From positions 2,304,001 through 2,368,000 of the forward strand of contig OX638351.1 in the NCBI GenBank assembly GCA_951813565.1: a DNA stretch of 64,000 nt. The letters run 5' to 3'. Under the pieces are notes generated by a model. It was not told the origin of the DNA, searched no databases, and saw only the letters and a program-made list of their open reading frames with translations. Both the position numbers and the translations under genes were made by a program. The stretch comes from an uncultured Poribacteria bacterium. Lineage in GTDB: Bacteria > Poribacteria > WGA-4E > WGA-3G. Each line of letters opens with the position of its first letter. The stretch's first letter is position 1. Shown here piece by piece: positions 1-11,299 of this stretch.

Positions 1-112
1 GAGACAAGGCGTAATAGTGAAGCGAAGCAAGTGGACTGGCACTTCACAACGGAAGATGCGCGCATCCGATTAAAACACTTGTATCCGAAATTTTAGAACG
101 GACAGACCACTA
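1..112 (+). mobile_element. 3' end of an IS630-family element (transposase C-terminus 1..96, truncated by the window edge)
   Basis: Frame 1 reads ETRRNSEAKQVDWHFTTEDARIRLKHLYPKF*, typical of IS630 C-termini (W.FT..DAR..L..LYP). It is followed by a short end ...GACAGACCAC|TA. Confidence 0.75.
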
Positions 113-291
113 GAGTGCATCTCATAAATCGGAATTTGTTGTTTCACTACGCTCAATCCAAGCCGTAAAATACTAATGCAAATGTCCGAGGCGCAATAAA
201 TTGCGCGACTACAAACGCGTTTCTAATGAAGTAAACATTTCTTGAAGATCGCGTTTACAAAGCCCTCCCACGATTTATGAGATAGGTTGTA
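111..291. repeat. MITE-like element (family D, ends ...ATCTCATAAAT / ATTTATGAGAT...) carrying REP-like hairpins
   Basis: Imperfect inverted ends TAGAGTGCATCTCATAAAT and ATTTATGAGATAGGTTGTA. Related ends occur at ~18522-18540, ~19961-19980 and ~54358-54373. Confidence 0.55.
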
Positions 292-502
292 CCTATTTCG
301 TGAATTCTCTTGTAGAAGGGGATTCTAATTCCGCCAAATGCCATACGGGGAATGCCTAAATGGTGTTGATTTGGATTTATAACAAAAGACATCCAGAATC
401 AACGAAAGACCTTGTTTTTTCAGGAAAAATAAGGTCTTTTTGTTCAAAATTTTGTAAGTAGCAACTTGAGTTATCTATAATAAATACTCCCGTTGAGAAA
501 CA

Positions 503-1246
503 TCATTCAATTTCATACACCACAGTGATATTTACGGTGACAGTCAGTTCGCCTGGGGCAATGGGAGTGGAAGTGCGTGCGCCATCATCAGCAAAAGCTG
601 CTTCTGCTGTTGCAAACGCGATTGGTGGGCTTTCAAAATAGGTATTTTCCGAAATAGTAACAGGTTTGCCAAGCGTTACACCGCTTGCTTCCGCTAAGGT
701 TTGTGCTTTCGCTTCAGCGTCTTTTACAGCTAAACTACGGGCTTGCTTCTGGAATTCAGTCGTGTCGTCAATCATGAATTGAATGGAATTAACAACAATG
801 TTATCTCCACCCGCTTTGGCAGCATCGTCAATAACATCGCTAAGGGTATCTAATTCTCGCACCTTCGCGCGGACAGTATTGTTTACTCTGTAACCACGCA
901 ATTTACGTTCACCTTCCGAATAGTCGTACTGTGGGTAGATACTGAAATTCTCAGTATTAATGTCCTTCTCAGCGATGCCATTCGCTTCCAGGGAATCTAT
1001 TAACGCTGTCATCGCGCTTGCAGCTTCTTCGCGTGCCTCAGCGACTGTCTCTTTCTCAACGGATACACCTAAATTGAGCGTTGCTATGTCTGGTTCGCCC
1101 GTAACTGAACCGTTTCCTGTTACATGGATAGTTCTGCCGCTTGTTGGAGGTGACAATAGCTGCGAGGTATAACGTGTATCACAAGCGGTAAGTGTTGAAA
1201 TCAGCAATACGCTGACTACTAATAAGCAATAATTACATCTTTTCAT
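503..1246 (-). CDS. SIMPL/DUF541 domain lipoprotein
   Basis: Signal peptide with lipobox LTAC, plus 'VTGNGSVTGEPDIATLNLGV' and 'DAEAKAQTLA...LGKP' motifs. Start placed at ATG 1246. Confidence 0.85.
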   Translation of the reverse strand: MKRCNYCLLVVSVLLISTLTACDTRYTSQLLSPPTSGRTIHVTGNGSVTGEPDIATLNLGVSVEKETVAEAREEAASAMTALIDSLEANGIAEKDINTENFSIYPQYDYSEGERKLRGYRVNNTVRAKVRELDTLSDVIDDAAKAGGDNIVVNSIQFMIDDTTEFQKQARSLAVKDAEAKAQTLAEASGVTLGKPVTISENTYFESPPIAFATAEAAFADDGARTSTPIAPGELTVTVNITVVYEIE

Positions 1247-1284
1247 TTTTCTCCTACAATCTAAGTAAAAATTCTTCAATATCT

Positions 1285-2259
1285 CTACTCTGTCGGATTG
1301 ACCCCCTTCGCCTCTGGCAAAGGAGCGTTTTCCGTAAGAGTGTCAGATTTTTTTATTAAATTATCAACATTTGATTTGTATAACATGAAAACCGTGTTTT
1401 TATCTTCGCTTTTGACATAAAGTTTTCCACCCTCCTCTTTTCCGAGGTGCAAAGTCGCAGTTCTTCCGTCATTGAGAATAGCAGAGATAGATGAGGTCGG
1501 AGAATCTAATCCGTATTCAACAAGTTCTTTTGCCTCTGCAAAATCATCTGTTTTCAATTGACTGAAGGCGGTGAGTAAGTTGTCTACTTCGGTTTGGTTA
1601 GCAGCTGCAGTCATGGGTTGGAGCATCTGCCATTTATTCTCAGCATCTAATTGCAGTTCAACTGTTTCTTCGGGAGAAGTGATATTTATCTGTGTAACAA
1701 TGCCTTTATTAAAATTGAAGATGGTCCTATCTTTCCAAGTTCGCGTCCCTTTGTCAAAAACGGATTGTAGATAGCCTTGTGCTTCATAGACATCGTTGGA
1801 ATCGGCAACGCGCACGTAACTACTGAAAATTCCGGGTGTGGTTTTTCCGGCAAATAGATGCGCTAACATCTTATTGTTTGCATCCATCAATTTTGCTTCA
1901 ACACCGCTGCTATCCACTTGGAATTCAGCTTGATTTTTCGGATTGTCAGAAACTCGGTTGGCATTGTCAAATTCTGCGACTTTGTTCAACAATTCATCAA
2001 CGCTTTCGCTATCTGCCGGATAGTTATCCATAGAAGTGACAACCCATTGCTCGTTTTGCTTTGAAAGGGTTGTGGTTTCACCTTTAGCGATGATTTCAAT
2101 TTTTGTAACTTGTTCTTTATTAAAGTCAGGAAATAGGGCAGTTGCTTCTTCAACCTTCTTTTGATAATCGCTTTTCCTGAATGGGTTCTCGAAAATTAGG
2201 ACGACAAGTAGGAAAAAAACAAAGATGCTGCCTAAAATCAGAAGTTGTTTCTTTTTCAT
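1285..2259 (-). CDS. DUF4340 domain protein (Gld-type ABC accessory)
   Basis: N-terminal TM helix, 'YGLDSP' motif and position after the GldG-like gene. Start probably ATG 2259. Confidence 0.75.
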   Translation of the reverse strand: MKKKQLLILGSIFVFFLLVVLIFENPFRKSDYQKKVEEATALFPDFNKEQVTKIEIIAKGETTTLSKQNEQWVVTSMDNYPADSESVDELLNKVAEFDNANRVSDNPKNQAEFQVDSSGVEAKLMDANNKMLAHLFAGKTTPGIFSSYVRVADSNDVYEAQGYLQSVFDKGTRTWKDRTIFNFNKGIVTQINITSPEETVELQLDAENKWQMLQPMTAAANQTEVDNLLTAFSQLKTDDFAEAKELVEYGLDSPTSSISAILNDGRTATLHLGKEEGGKLYVKSEDKNTVFMLYKSNVDNLIKKSDTLTENAPLPEAKGVNPTE

Positions 2260-2302
2260 GACTCCATTCGGTTGGCACGTTCTAATAATAAGTGGGAACA
2301 GT

Positions 2303-3943
2303 TTAAAACTGAGATCCGTAGGCCCCAACCAACCGCTTCACTCTCCTTTTTAATAAATATCGGATTAACCCAAAGACAACAACTAACAGCGGAATCCCGA
2401 TAGTACACATATATTTTATAAAATTTCTCTCAAAACCTAATGCCTCCCTTAAGGGTCTATCGGTGATGGTATGGGAACGGATTCCGATGAGGGCATCGCC
2501 AAGTGTTAACCAATCCAAACTGTTTAAGAAAAAGTTGACCCCATCGGAACGCAGTTGCGTGAGAAATTGTGCTGTTCCCACGACAACGATTTGCGTTTCG
2601 GCACTTTCGGTAATAGTTGTTCTATCTTCCGCATCTTGTGTTGGGGGAGATGTGCCACCATCGTTTTCGCCGTTGGCGTTCGCATCGGATGCAATTGCAG
2701 GAATTTCTTTATCAGCATAAAAACTTTTGAACTTTCCTTCTAATGCAGCAGCAACGGTATAAACTTGTAAATCGGTTTGCGGAATTCCAGGGCTAGGCAT
2801 TAGGTTATAAAACCCTTGTATACTCTGTCCAAGTTCGGTTGTCTTTGCCAACGACGTTGCCTTGACATTCTCATTTGTTAACATTTCTAAAGAACTTGTC
2901 CAAGGTAACGTCAAATTTTCCAGTTGATTCGTAACAGTGTGTTCTTTTGAGAAGTCCACAATTTGGATGAAATAGGGATAGCTTTGAAAAACGGTAAAGG
3001 GGCCTTGTTGAAACGGCACTCTTGTATCATGGGATTTATGATCAGCAATTACATTGTTCCCAAGCTTGACTCCGTAATGTTCAAGCAGGTCGTTCAAACC
3101 GGTGCTAAGGGGTGTTCCTTGAAGCGTTCCGGGTTGCATTGTAATGGGATCAACCAAGAAAATTGCTTTGCCGCCTCGCATAATAAACTGATCAATTTCG
3201 TATTTCTCCCGTTCTGTGAAAGCCTGTTTTGGGCCTGCCACAATTAACGTCGTAACAGATGTATCAACCGGTTCTCCTGTTTGGAGGTTGACGGTAGTAA
3301 GATTATATTGCCCTTGTGCGTTCTTATCCAAAAGCGCGCGAAATTGCTGATTTCCTTGTGTTTGGGCGTTGATATTATACTCGTCGTGTCCTGTCAAAAA
3401 TCCAACTGTTTTTGCTTCCTTGGTCGTCACCTTGAGAATTGTGGAGGTGAGTTCATACTCCAAATTAGAAGTTGAGCGCACAACTGGAAGAACTTCCTCT
3501 TTACCGCTGTAGCCGACAGAAATAGCCATATAGACGTTCACTATTTCAAGTTTGTCTTTCCTGCGAACATTGAATTGAACTTCAGGAATACCTTTGAAAC
3601 GGAGTTCCTGTTTCTGTGTGTCGTCAAAATCGGCAGGGTCGATAAAATCGATCTGAAGTTTTTTGGAAAATGCCTCATATTCGTCCAGCACATCTCTGAC
3701 ATCACGACGGGTTCGTGCTACGTGCGCGGGTTCTGTGGAGAAGTAGACGGTGATTGTGACAATATCGTCCAAGCTTTTAAGAACATTTTTGGTTGCTTTT
3801 GAGACAGTGTAACGTTTATCCTCAGTGAGATCAGCACGTAAAAAACGGCGCGAGGATAGGAAATTAACCAGCACCAAGATACCTAATATGAGCGCTATAA
3901 ATGCAACTGTATTGCTACCGTATCTGATCCGTTTATCAGCCAA
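2303..3943 (-). CDS. GldG-like ABC transporter auxiliary component
   Basis: Motifs 'DLTEDKRYTVS', 'LEYELTSTI', 'GFLTGHDE' and 'DQFIMRGG', with TM helices at both ends. Confidence 0.85.
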   Translation of the reverse strand: MADKRIRYGSNTVAFIALILGILVLVNFLSSRRFLRADLTEDKRYTVSKATKNVLKSLDDIVTITVYFSTEPAHVARTRRDVRDVLDEYEAFSKKLQIDFIDPADFDDTQKQELRFKGIPEVQFNVRRKDKLEIVNVYMAISVGYSGKEEVLPVVRSTSNLEYELTSTILKVTTKEAKTVGFLTGHDEYNINAQTQGNQQFRALLDKNAQGQYNLTTVNLQTGEPVDTSVTTLIVAGPKQAFTEREKYEIDQFIMRGGKAIFLVDPITMQPGTLQGTPLSTGLNDLLEHYGVKLGNNVIADHKSHDTRVPFQQGPFTVFQSYPYFIQIVDFSKEHTVTNQLENLTLPWTSSLEMLTNENVKATSLAKTTELGQSIQGFYNLMPSPGIPQTDLQVYTVAAALEGKFKSFYADKEIPAIASDANANGENDGGTSPPTQDAEDRTTITESAETQIVVVGTAQFLTQLRSDGVNFFLNSLDWLTLGDALIGIRSHTITDRPLREALGFERNFIKYMCTIGIPLLVVVFGLIRYLLKRRVKRLVGAYGSQF

Positions 3944-3961
3944 AACAGTTTACCTCCTTTC

Positions 3962-4678
3962 TTAACGCCATTTCCGACTTTCAACTAACAAAGTGCTTAA
4001 ATAGAGAAAAAATCCGATAATGGAAAGATAGTAGATGATATCGCGAGAATCAATCACGCCGCGTAGAATGCTGCTGTAGTGCGCACCGAGACCGAGATAA
4101 CTAAAAATCGGGAATAACCAATTGGGCGTGCTGAAAAGCACATAATCTGTGCCGATAATCAACAGGACGAAGCAGATAGTTATTCCGAGAATAAAGGCGA
4201 TTATCTGATTTTCAGTCAACGTTGAAGCAAACAATCCGATTGCCAGATACGCGCCTCCCATTAGTAAAAGCCCGATGTAGCCGCATACAATTGTTCCACC
4301 ATCCGGGTCACCGAGATAGATGACCGAAAAGGGAAGTCCAAGTGAAAATAGGGCAGTAACGGCAAGCAATCCGAAACTTGCCAAAAATTTTCCGAGCACC
4401 ACCTCGTAGTCCCGAATCGGTAATGTCATCAAGATTTCAGCGGTGCCGAGTTTCTTCTCTTCAGCCCAGAGCTTCATTGTAACGGCAGGGATAAAAAAAA
4501 GAAATATCCACGGCATTAACCCGAAAAATTCTCGTATTTCGGCTTGGTTTGCAAGAAAAAAGGTTTGGAAGAAAAGCCATGAAGAAATACCGAGGAAAAA
4601 TGTGATAAAAATATATGCGATGGGTGAATTAAAATAACTTCTGAATTCCTTTTTGAAAATAGCGTTGATGTTCTGCAT
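3962..4678 (-). CDS. GldF-like ABC-2 permease
   Basis: Motifs 'KEFRSYFNSPIAY', 'AEEKKLGT.E.L.T.P' and 'RGVIDSRD'. Confidence 0.9.
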   Translation of the reverse strand: MQNINAIFKKEFRSYFNSPIAYIFITFFLGISSWLFFQTFFLANQAEIREFFGLMPWIFLFFIPAVTMKLWAEEKKLGTAEILMTLPIRDYEVVLGKFLASFGLLAVTALFSLGLPFSVIYLGDPDGGTIVCGYIGLLLMGGAYLAIGLFASTLTENQIIAFILGITICFVLLIIGTDYVLFSTPNWLFPIFSYLGLGAHYSSILRGVIDSRDIIYYLSIIGFFLYLSTLLVESRKWR

Positions 4679-4735
4679 AGTATTCTATTTTTATGCGGGT
4701 ATATGGTTATAGAAAATCGGAAATTAGTCTTAGAT

Positions 4736-5731
4736 TTATTCCTCTTCTGTTGAGTCTACTTCGGTCGTTAATTCCGAGGAAGGGGAGATGTTGCCGTTTT
4801 GTCCAGATGTAAAGTGGAGGAATATGTGTTCCAAATCGACAGATTCTTGGCGAAGTTCTGCTAAACCCCATCCGTTTTGGACAGCAGCGTTGAAAAGGGC
4901 TTCTGTCACATTTTTACCTTCTCTCGCCACTGTGATTTCATAATTCACAACGCCGTCATCTGTCTTGACATGTGTAAACCCAACAATACTGTCGAGTTCT
5001 TTTAACTTTGTGGTAATTGCTTCTTCTGCCCCACGAATAGCCACATGCACCTTATCCTCACTCCGAACCTGCCCAATCAGTTCCTCCAGCGTTCCGTTTG
5101 CCACAAGTTCCCCACGGTTGATAATCAGAATTCGGGTACAGGTAGCAGCCACCTCAGGCAAAATATGTGTGCTAAAGAGCACCAGTTTCTCTTTTCCAAT
5201 TTCCTTAATCAGATTCCGAATCTCAATTGTTTGGCTTGGGTCAAGTCCAGAGGTAGGTTCGTCTAAAATGAGGATAGGTGGATCGTGAATAAGGCTTTGG
5301 GCTAAGCCGACACGTTGTCGAAAGCCTTTAGAAAGTTCCCCGATGTCTTTTTGAATAACACCCTCAAGCCCACAGATTTCAACGACCATTCTAAGCCGTT
5401 CTTTTCGTTGGCTTTTGGGAATTTCCCGAACTTCTGCCATAAACTTGAGGTATTCGACCACTCCCATATCTAAGTAGAGCGGTGCACTTTCAGGCAAATA
5501 CCCGACGTTTTTTCTTACATCAATGGCGTGTTCAAGGACATCGTAGCCAGCAACGGTTGCACTCCCTGCGTCTGCGGTAAGATAGCACGTCAGGATGCGC
5601 ATCGTTGTGGTCTTTCCTGCACCGTTGGGACCGATGAATCCTACGACTTCTCCAGCATGCGCGTCAAATGATACCTGATTAACGGCAAGAGTTGGCCCGT
5701 AAGATTTTGTAAGTTCTTTAACTTCAATCAT
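4736..5731 (-). CDS. ABC transporter ATP-binding protein (GldA-like)
   Basis: Walker A GPNGAGKTT, signature LSKGFRQRVG, Walker B ILDEPT. Confidence 0.92.
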   Translation of the reverse strand: MIEVKELTKSYGPTLAVNQVSFDAHAGEVVGFIGPNGAGKTTTMRILTCYLTADAGSATVAGYDVLEHAIDVRKNVGYLPESAPLYLDMGVVEYLKFMAEVREIPKSQRKERLRMVVEICGLEGVIQKDIGELSKGFRQRVGLAQSLIHDPPILILDEPTSGLDPSQTIEIRNLIKEIGKEKLVLFSTHILPEVAATCTRILIINRGELVANGTLEELIGQVRSEDKVHVAIRGAEEAITTKLKELDSIVGFTHVKTDDGVVNYEITVAREGKNVTEALFNAAVQNGWGLAELRQESVDLEHIFLHFTSGQNGNISPSSELTTEVDSTEEE

Positions 5732-5874
5732 TACGTCTTGATTTTAATTTTTAAAATAATATAGAGATATGGTTGGCGAAAAGGATTTCTAACCAACATC
5801 CTATAAGGATAAAATACGTTAAAATGATAACATATAATTTTTGCTATGTCAAGAAAAATTGGTGGACAGAAGAA

Positions 5875-7843
5875 CTATTTAGATTTCGGTTCAGTTTGCT
5901 GAAGTTCATCAATAGAAACTTCTTCAACCTTTTCTTTATTAGCAATAAAATAGCGGTATCCTGGGAACTTTTCAGCGAGTTTCTTGTTCTCACTACCTCT
6001 ATCTTTGGCATAGACGTGCGGTTTTGCAAAAGGCGCGTTAAATGGATAATGCACCCAATGTGCGCGAGCCCCTTTCACAAAGATCAGTGCTTGTGCAACA
6101 TCGTTTTTGGTAAGATACTTCTGTATGGACACATCTTTTCCGTAATTTTGATAAAGCTTTACCGTTGATGGGACATTGAAAAAGAATGCAAACAGAAAAA
6201 GACCAACAAGCATTAAACAGAAGATATTTCGAGCGTGTGCATCAGATAAAGTTTTCCACTGAGTAGTTAGGAACTGTACGCTCAAGGATAATCCTTTGCT
6301 TGTTAATAGTATTAACGCTGGTAAACTTTCATACACAAAGCGCGGTCCAAAATCCAACTGATTAAAAAAATAGAAAAAATGTCCAACGAGCAATGCGCCT
6401 ATCCATCCAACTAATAACCATTCCCAGAAACTTTTTTTTCCATACGTAAGGAATATACAGATAAAAAGTAGAGCAGGTATCGGCCACTCAAATAGATAAT
6501 AGTTCAATGCGTTCAGATCCTCAAACACATACTTGAACCCTTGTGTTACGGTATGGAACCGGTCACTCCATGGTTCCTGGTGAAAACCCGGATAGTGATC
6601 CTTCCCATGCATGGCAATATATCCAAAAAGAAGTGGATGTCCTGTCGTAGCGTAGTTATAGGCGAAGAATGCTAAACACGTAAAAAGAATCGGTATCGCA
6701 CCGATAAGAATATGACGAAGTGACAATTCTCTCCGAATAACAATTGCCGCAATCCCCATTGGCACACAAATCCAGAACGTTGTATAGGGACGACACAAGA
6801 GCGCGATCCCTAAACATATACCACAGACGAAGGCTGAAAGGAGTGGACGTTTCTTTTTTACCATCCACACGAAACTGAGAAATGCTAACGTTAAAAAAAA
6901 GAGCGTTGAAGTATGTGAAGCAAACTCTGAGGACATAAAAAGGAAAAAGGTGCTTGCCAACGCTAACACAGCAGAAAGTTTTGCAATTCCATCTCCATAA
7001 AGTTCTTTAGCAAGTAGATAAATGCAGACAATTGTAAGCGCACCAAAAAACGGATTTACAAGCCAAGACATATTAAGAATCACGCCTAAAGCAAGTATTG
7101 CAGGATAGCCCGGAGGGTACACCGTATACCATTTGTCGGAGAGGATGGTATGCATGGCTTCAAAAAACTGGGGTTCGGGAGGAAGCGGTGCAGAAAGCAT
7201 CCCGTGTGCAAACAAGCGTGCCTGAAACATGTATGAACAACTGTCCATAAATCCTGGCACGCCATCAAACAGGTGCCACGAGATGGAAGCGCAGACCAGC
7301 ACACAACCGGTAAACATCCCAATTATAAATGGACGCGAATGGATATTACGGACCCAGAGAAAAAAACGAGAGAGAGGTGTGAAGATGGGATAAAGGAATA
7401 CCTACCAATCCACGAAAAAATAGTGCTATGCCGCAGCTGCCGAGAATGAGACGATATGAAAGATATAAAAGTTGTTGACTGTTAATATGTGTAACATCTA
7501 CGTGGACATGGAGTGGCAACACACAGATGAATAGTAGGACACAAAGAATAATAAAATGAAGCAAGCGTTGCCACAATACGCGGATCATCGGCACTATCAG
7601 AAGAAGTGTACCGAATAGCAGTGCACCAGCAATTAGATTCGCACACCAAAGTGGGAAGGAGAAGGACAGATATGGGGACTCCCGGACAACAATAAGTAAG
7701 TTGTTATTTAGGGTATTATCAAGAAGAATGAGATGTTTTTTTATCCTATATCCGATCAGGAGAAAAAGGACAGCACCTAAAAAATAACTACCTGTGCGGC
7801 ACCATTGAAGAAGGGTAACGCGCATATTACCCCTATTCCACAT
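5875..7843 (-). pseudogene. ArnT/GT39-like polytopic glycosyltransferase split by a frameshift in an A7 tract (7360-7366)
   Basis: Removing one base from the tract fuses ORF 7346..7843 to ORF 5875..7317 (...SLSFFLWVRNIHSRPFIIGMFTG...). Motifs 'D...Y.FQA..FA.G' and 'YPPGYP'. Confidence 0.7.
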
Positions 7844-8629
7844 CCTTTGCACACCGAAACCCATAAGTTGCAAGGCGATGAAAAGGTTTATCATAGTATA
7901 GGTAATCCGATTCAAAGTGCCTTCGTAGAGACATCCATGCCCCGCCGCGTAGGATTTTCAGCGGTCCCGGTTTGGTACCGGTAGGTTCTGCTTCCAACCG
8001 AAAATCCTTTCCCTCATAAGCATCAGCGCACCACTGCCACACATTCCCAACAAGGTCAAAAACACCAGCAGGACTGACGTTCTTCTCGCGTGTTCCAACA
8101 GCATAAGGTGCTAAACGCGCTCGATAGTCAATTGCCTCAAAATCAAACTCATCACCCCACGGATAACGTTGTTTCGTGTTGCCTTGGCAGGCAAGGGTCC
8201 ACTCCGCAGCAGTGGGTAGACGGGCACCACGCCAATTTGCGTAAGCCTCTGCTTCATACCAACTCACACCGGTCACGGGCAATGTTTTACGTTTTAGATA
8301 TAATTCTTCATATGTTGATGGTACCCAGAACTCGTATTTTTCAAGAAATTTACGTCCTTCTTCTGACCAATACCTCTTATTCTTGTATCCGCCATCTTCA
8401 ATGAATTTTATATATTGTTGATATGTAACGAGATGTTTGTCAAGGTAAAACGGGTCGACAGACACTGTTTCTCCAGTGCCAAAAGGATCTATGGTACCGT
8501 CTTCAATCTTTATCATCTCAGGTTGTTCCATCAGTTGCTCCTTGTTCGGTTCATCCTGCTGTGGTCCAGGGAGTTCACATCAATGATAATACTGAACGTC
8601 AAAAGTAGTATACACAAGATATTTTTCAT
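7833..8629 (-). pseudogene. SUMF1/FGE-sulfatase-fold lipoprotein with a 1-nt deletion near 8580 (downstream ORF 7833..8531 intact)
   Basis: Motifs 'PVTGVSWYEA.AYA.W.G.RLPT.AEW', 'DLVGNVWQW' and 'RGGAW...GFRC'. Upstream MKNILCILLLTFSIII joins CELPGPQQ...MEQPEM if one base is added, giving lipobox II(G)C. Confidence 0.72.
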
Positions 8630-9666
8630 GGGGTTACTGCCTTTATAGGTATTGTAATTTTAGGTGCCTCCGGATGGGTTGTGAGTATATGAATCGTACC
8701 CTCAACAAGTCCAGATAATTTATTATTCATCTTCGGTGTGATAGTAAGCTCCACCTCATGTGCCGTTTGGGACTCCTGCGAAAGCGAGGCTGTTACTGAA
8801 AAATTGTCTGCAGATACTTTTTTCAAGGCGAAGGGTTGGCCGCTATCTGTCTTGATTTGAACCTTCTTCTGCAGGCTTTTGCCTGAACCATCTAAAACAC
8901 CGAGGAACAGGTTCTGCGGTAACACCACAATCCCACCTAACACGCGTCCCCGAAATTGAATAGACATTTCTAAATCCTTTGAATCTGTTCCAGGGAGTAC
9001 TTCCTGGGCATGTGCAGTTATCGTTAGGGACTCATCATACAATCCTACATCGTTCACCATTAAAACTACTTCACATTCCATGTTTTCTCCCGCAGTAATG
9101 TTCATCTTAGGTAGCGTGATAGTAATACCCTTATTACTATCTGTGTGTTCGGTTATTTCAACGGAGTTCTTTAAGTTATTCTTAAGATTTATTTTCTTAG
9201 AGACACGTTTTCCTTTTTCAAGTCGTCCTAACTCAATTTTCTTCGGATAGGTTAGAGGCGTTAGGATGGTACCCCGCACTTGTAGGTAAACAATAGGGGT
9301 GTTTGGATCGTTAGTATAGACGCGCACGTTCTCAAGAAAAGGTCCAGTATATTGATCATCCCGCTCAACTGCCACGCGAATCGTGCCATTGCCGCCCGGC
9401 AGGATATGGTTATTAGAGGTGTTCGTAGCAACACACCCACAATCGGTTTCAAGACTTTCAATCTGTAAAGTGGCAGTCCCTTCATTGGTAAAAGAAAAGA
9501 CATGAACTACCTCCGAACCAGCAATAATCACCTCAGAAAATTCATGGTTATTCTTCTTTAAAGTGATTTGAGGGTATCTATTCGAGGAACAACTTATTAA
9601 CAATGGGACTATGCTGAAATATAGAATCGACAAAAGAGTGAATAAATGACTATTCATAGATTGCAT
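8626..9666 (-). CDS. DUF1573 Ig-like repeat lipoprotein
   Basis: Lipobox LISC and 'FTNEG...L.I......CGC' motif with tandem beta-sandwich repeats. Confidence 0.75.
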   Translation of the reverse strand: MQSMNSHLFTLLSILYFSIVPLLISCSSNRYPQITLKKNNHEFSEVIIAGSEVVHVFSFTNEGTATLQIESLETDCGCVATNTSNNHILPGGNGTIRVAVERDDQYTGPFLENVRVYTNDPNTPIVYLQVRGTILTPLTYPKKIELGRLEKGKRVSKKINLKNNLKNSVEITEHTDSNKGITITLPKMNITAGENMECEVVLMVNDVGLYDESLTITAHAQEVLPGTDSKDLEMSIQFRGRVLGGIVVLPQNLFLGVLDGSGKSLQKKVQIKTDSGQPFALKKVSADNFSVTASLSQESQTAHEVELTITPKMNNKLSGLVEGTIHILTTHPEAPKITIPIKAVTP

Positions 9667-9669
9667 ACC

Positions 9670-10047
9670 TTATTCTATAAGTCCTTTGCGTTCAGCTAAA
9701 TTACGCGCAGCTTCAATATCGTCTATACCTTCCCTTTGCGAAACTAAATCAATCAGTGTATAAGGGTATATATCTCCGTTATCACCACAATAGGATGCTT
9801 GACAGCTCCAATAGCCATATTCAAGTTGATCGGGATGTTTCGTCTCGGCATCAGAGAAGATATATACAGAAAAATTGGACTGTTCCATGTCTCCAGCGGT
9901 TACCAACTCCGGTTGATAAGGGTTGACTTTATACGTCTTTGTTACTTCAGTTTTGCCACCCCATCGCCAAGAAATCCATATAATACCCGCAACTAAACCA
10001 ACACTTAATTCAAGCGTAAATATTAGAACAGGAATAAGTTTTTTCAT
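9670..10047 (-). CDS. hypothetical membrane-anchored protein
   Basis: N-terminal TM helix; co-oriented within the operon with an RBS. Confidence 0.55.
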   Translation of the reverse strand: MKKLIPVLIFTLELSVGLVAGIIWISWRWGGKTEVTKTYKVNPYQPELVTAGDMEQSNFSVYIFSDAETKHPDQLEYGYWSCQASYCGDNGDIYPYTLIDLVSQREGIDDIEAARNLAERKGLIE

Positions 10048-10059
10048 GTGGGTTACTCC

Positions 10060-11118
10060 TTATCTTAAGAATTCCTTACGATTACCTTTGTCATCATCTA
10101 AATCAGTTTCCTGTATATCAAAATAGTGATCAGGAAGACCAAGATTGAAGCTCATTTCTTTGAGGGTATAGACTGATTGACGACGTTGCCAACCATCAGA
10201 TCTGAACTCTTTATACACGCGTACTTTTGGAACAGCTATGTTTAATTCTTTAACAATTTGAAAATCGCTATAGTCCATACGCAATCGTAACCAATATCCC
10301 TCTGCATTTGCAATCGGAGCATCGCTTTGAAAATAATATTCCTCACGGAAAACCTCAGGAATCAATGAAGAACGAACATAAACCTTGACAAATATATCTT
10401 CATCATTTTCAAATGGAAAATGATGAATAATATAGCCCTGCTCACCTGAGAACTCGGTGGACTCAACCCTTGCGCGTGTCTCATCTATAAAGCGGGAAGG
10501 TGGAAGTCCAGCAATGTCATTTACTTCGTCTAAAGTATCTTCCTTATGTTCCTTTTCAATACCTGCTACAGGCAGGATTTTCTTAAATTGGGATGCTCGT
10601 ATTACCGTAAGGGTGTCAGTTCCGTTGCCTAAAAAAATGTACTCGTATCCATCATTAAAGTGACGGATATGTCCAAGCGATGGATGATTATTATATCGAT
10701 CAATTGCCTCCATTCTGTAATTTATTCCATCTCCAGTTGTAGCATAGTCGGGACGCATTTGGAATACAAGTGATACCTCGGCAAACACGAAGTAAGCATC
10801 AGATTCACGAAAAGGTTCATACTTCTTTTCTTGTTCTAAGTTTTTTAAGATAACTTTCCGTAATGCTTCGTCCTTCTTTTTCTTCGCATCTCGAAGTTCC
10901 TGTTCCCTGAATGCTACAATTTCACGCAATCTATTACCTTTTTCATTCGGAGAAGTTGGGAATTGTTGATAATAAAGATAGCTGAGTTCACCATCTTCAA
11001 TAAGAGTTTTTGAAAAATTGAGCAGTGAAATTATTGATTTTGTACCCACTGAATCCCCTCCAGTATTAACGCAGGTAAGTAAAAAAATGAAAAAAATAAA
11101 AAAAACTCGTTTCATCAT
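10060..11118 (-). CDS. hypothetical exported protein (possibly LolA-like fold)
   Basis: Signal peptide; beta-rich C-terminus ending 'FNLGLPDHYF'. Confidence 0.6.
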   Translation of the reverse strand: MMKRVFFIFFIFLLTCVNTGGDSVGTKSIISLLNFSKTLIEDGELSYLYYQQFPTSPNEKGNRLREIVAFREQELRDAKKKKDEALRKVILKNLEQEKKYEPFRESDAYFVFAEVSLVFQMRPDYATTGDGINYRMEAIDRYNNHPSLGHIRHFNDGYEYIFLGNGTDTLTVIRASQFKKILPVAGIEKEHKEDTLDEVNDIAGLPPSRFIDETRARVESTEFSGEQGYIIHHFPFENDEDIFVKVYVRSSLIPEVFREEYYFQSDAPIANAEGYWLRLRMDYSDFQIVKELNIAVPKVRVYKEFRSDGWQRRQSVYTLKEMSFNLGLPDHYFDIQETDLDDDKGNRKEFLR

Positions 11119-11299
11119 TAATATACCTTTTGAGAAAGTGGGACTGTGGGTTCCTCGTTATGAAATAAGGAACATCACAGTCACCGCATTATGTAGTAAT
11201 GGAAATACTAAACGTATCCGTCTGCACACAAACAAGTTAACCTTACACTCTAAGTGCAATTATAAGAGTTTGAATTCATTTTACAACAAATGATCTGAC

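Noticed and set aside
7833..8531. DGR target (FGE-type lectin fold) or true formylglycine-generating enzyme
   Set aside because: No reverse transcriptase or template repeat is seen in the window, and the catalytic Cys pair of FGE is absent.
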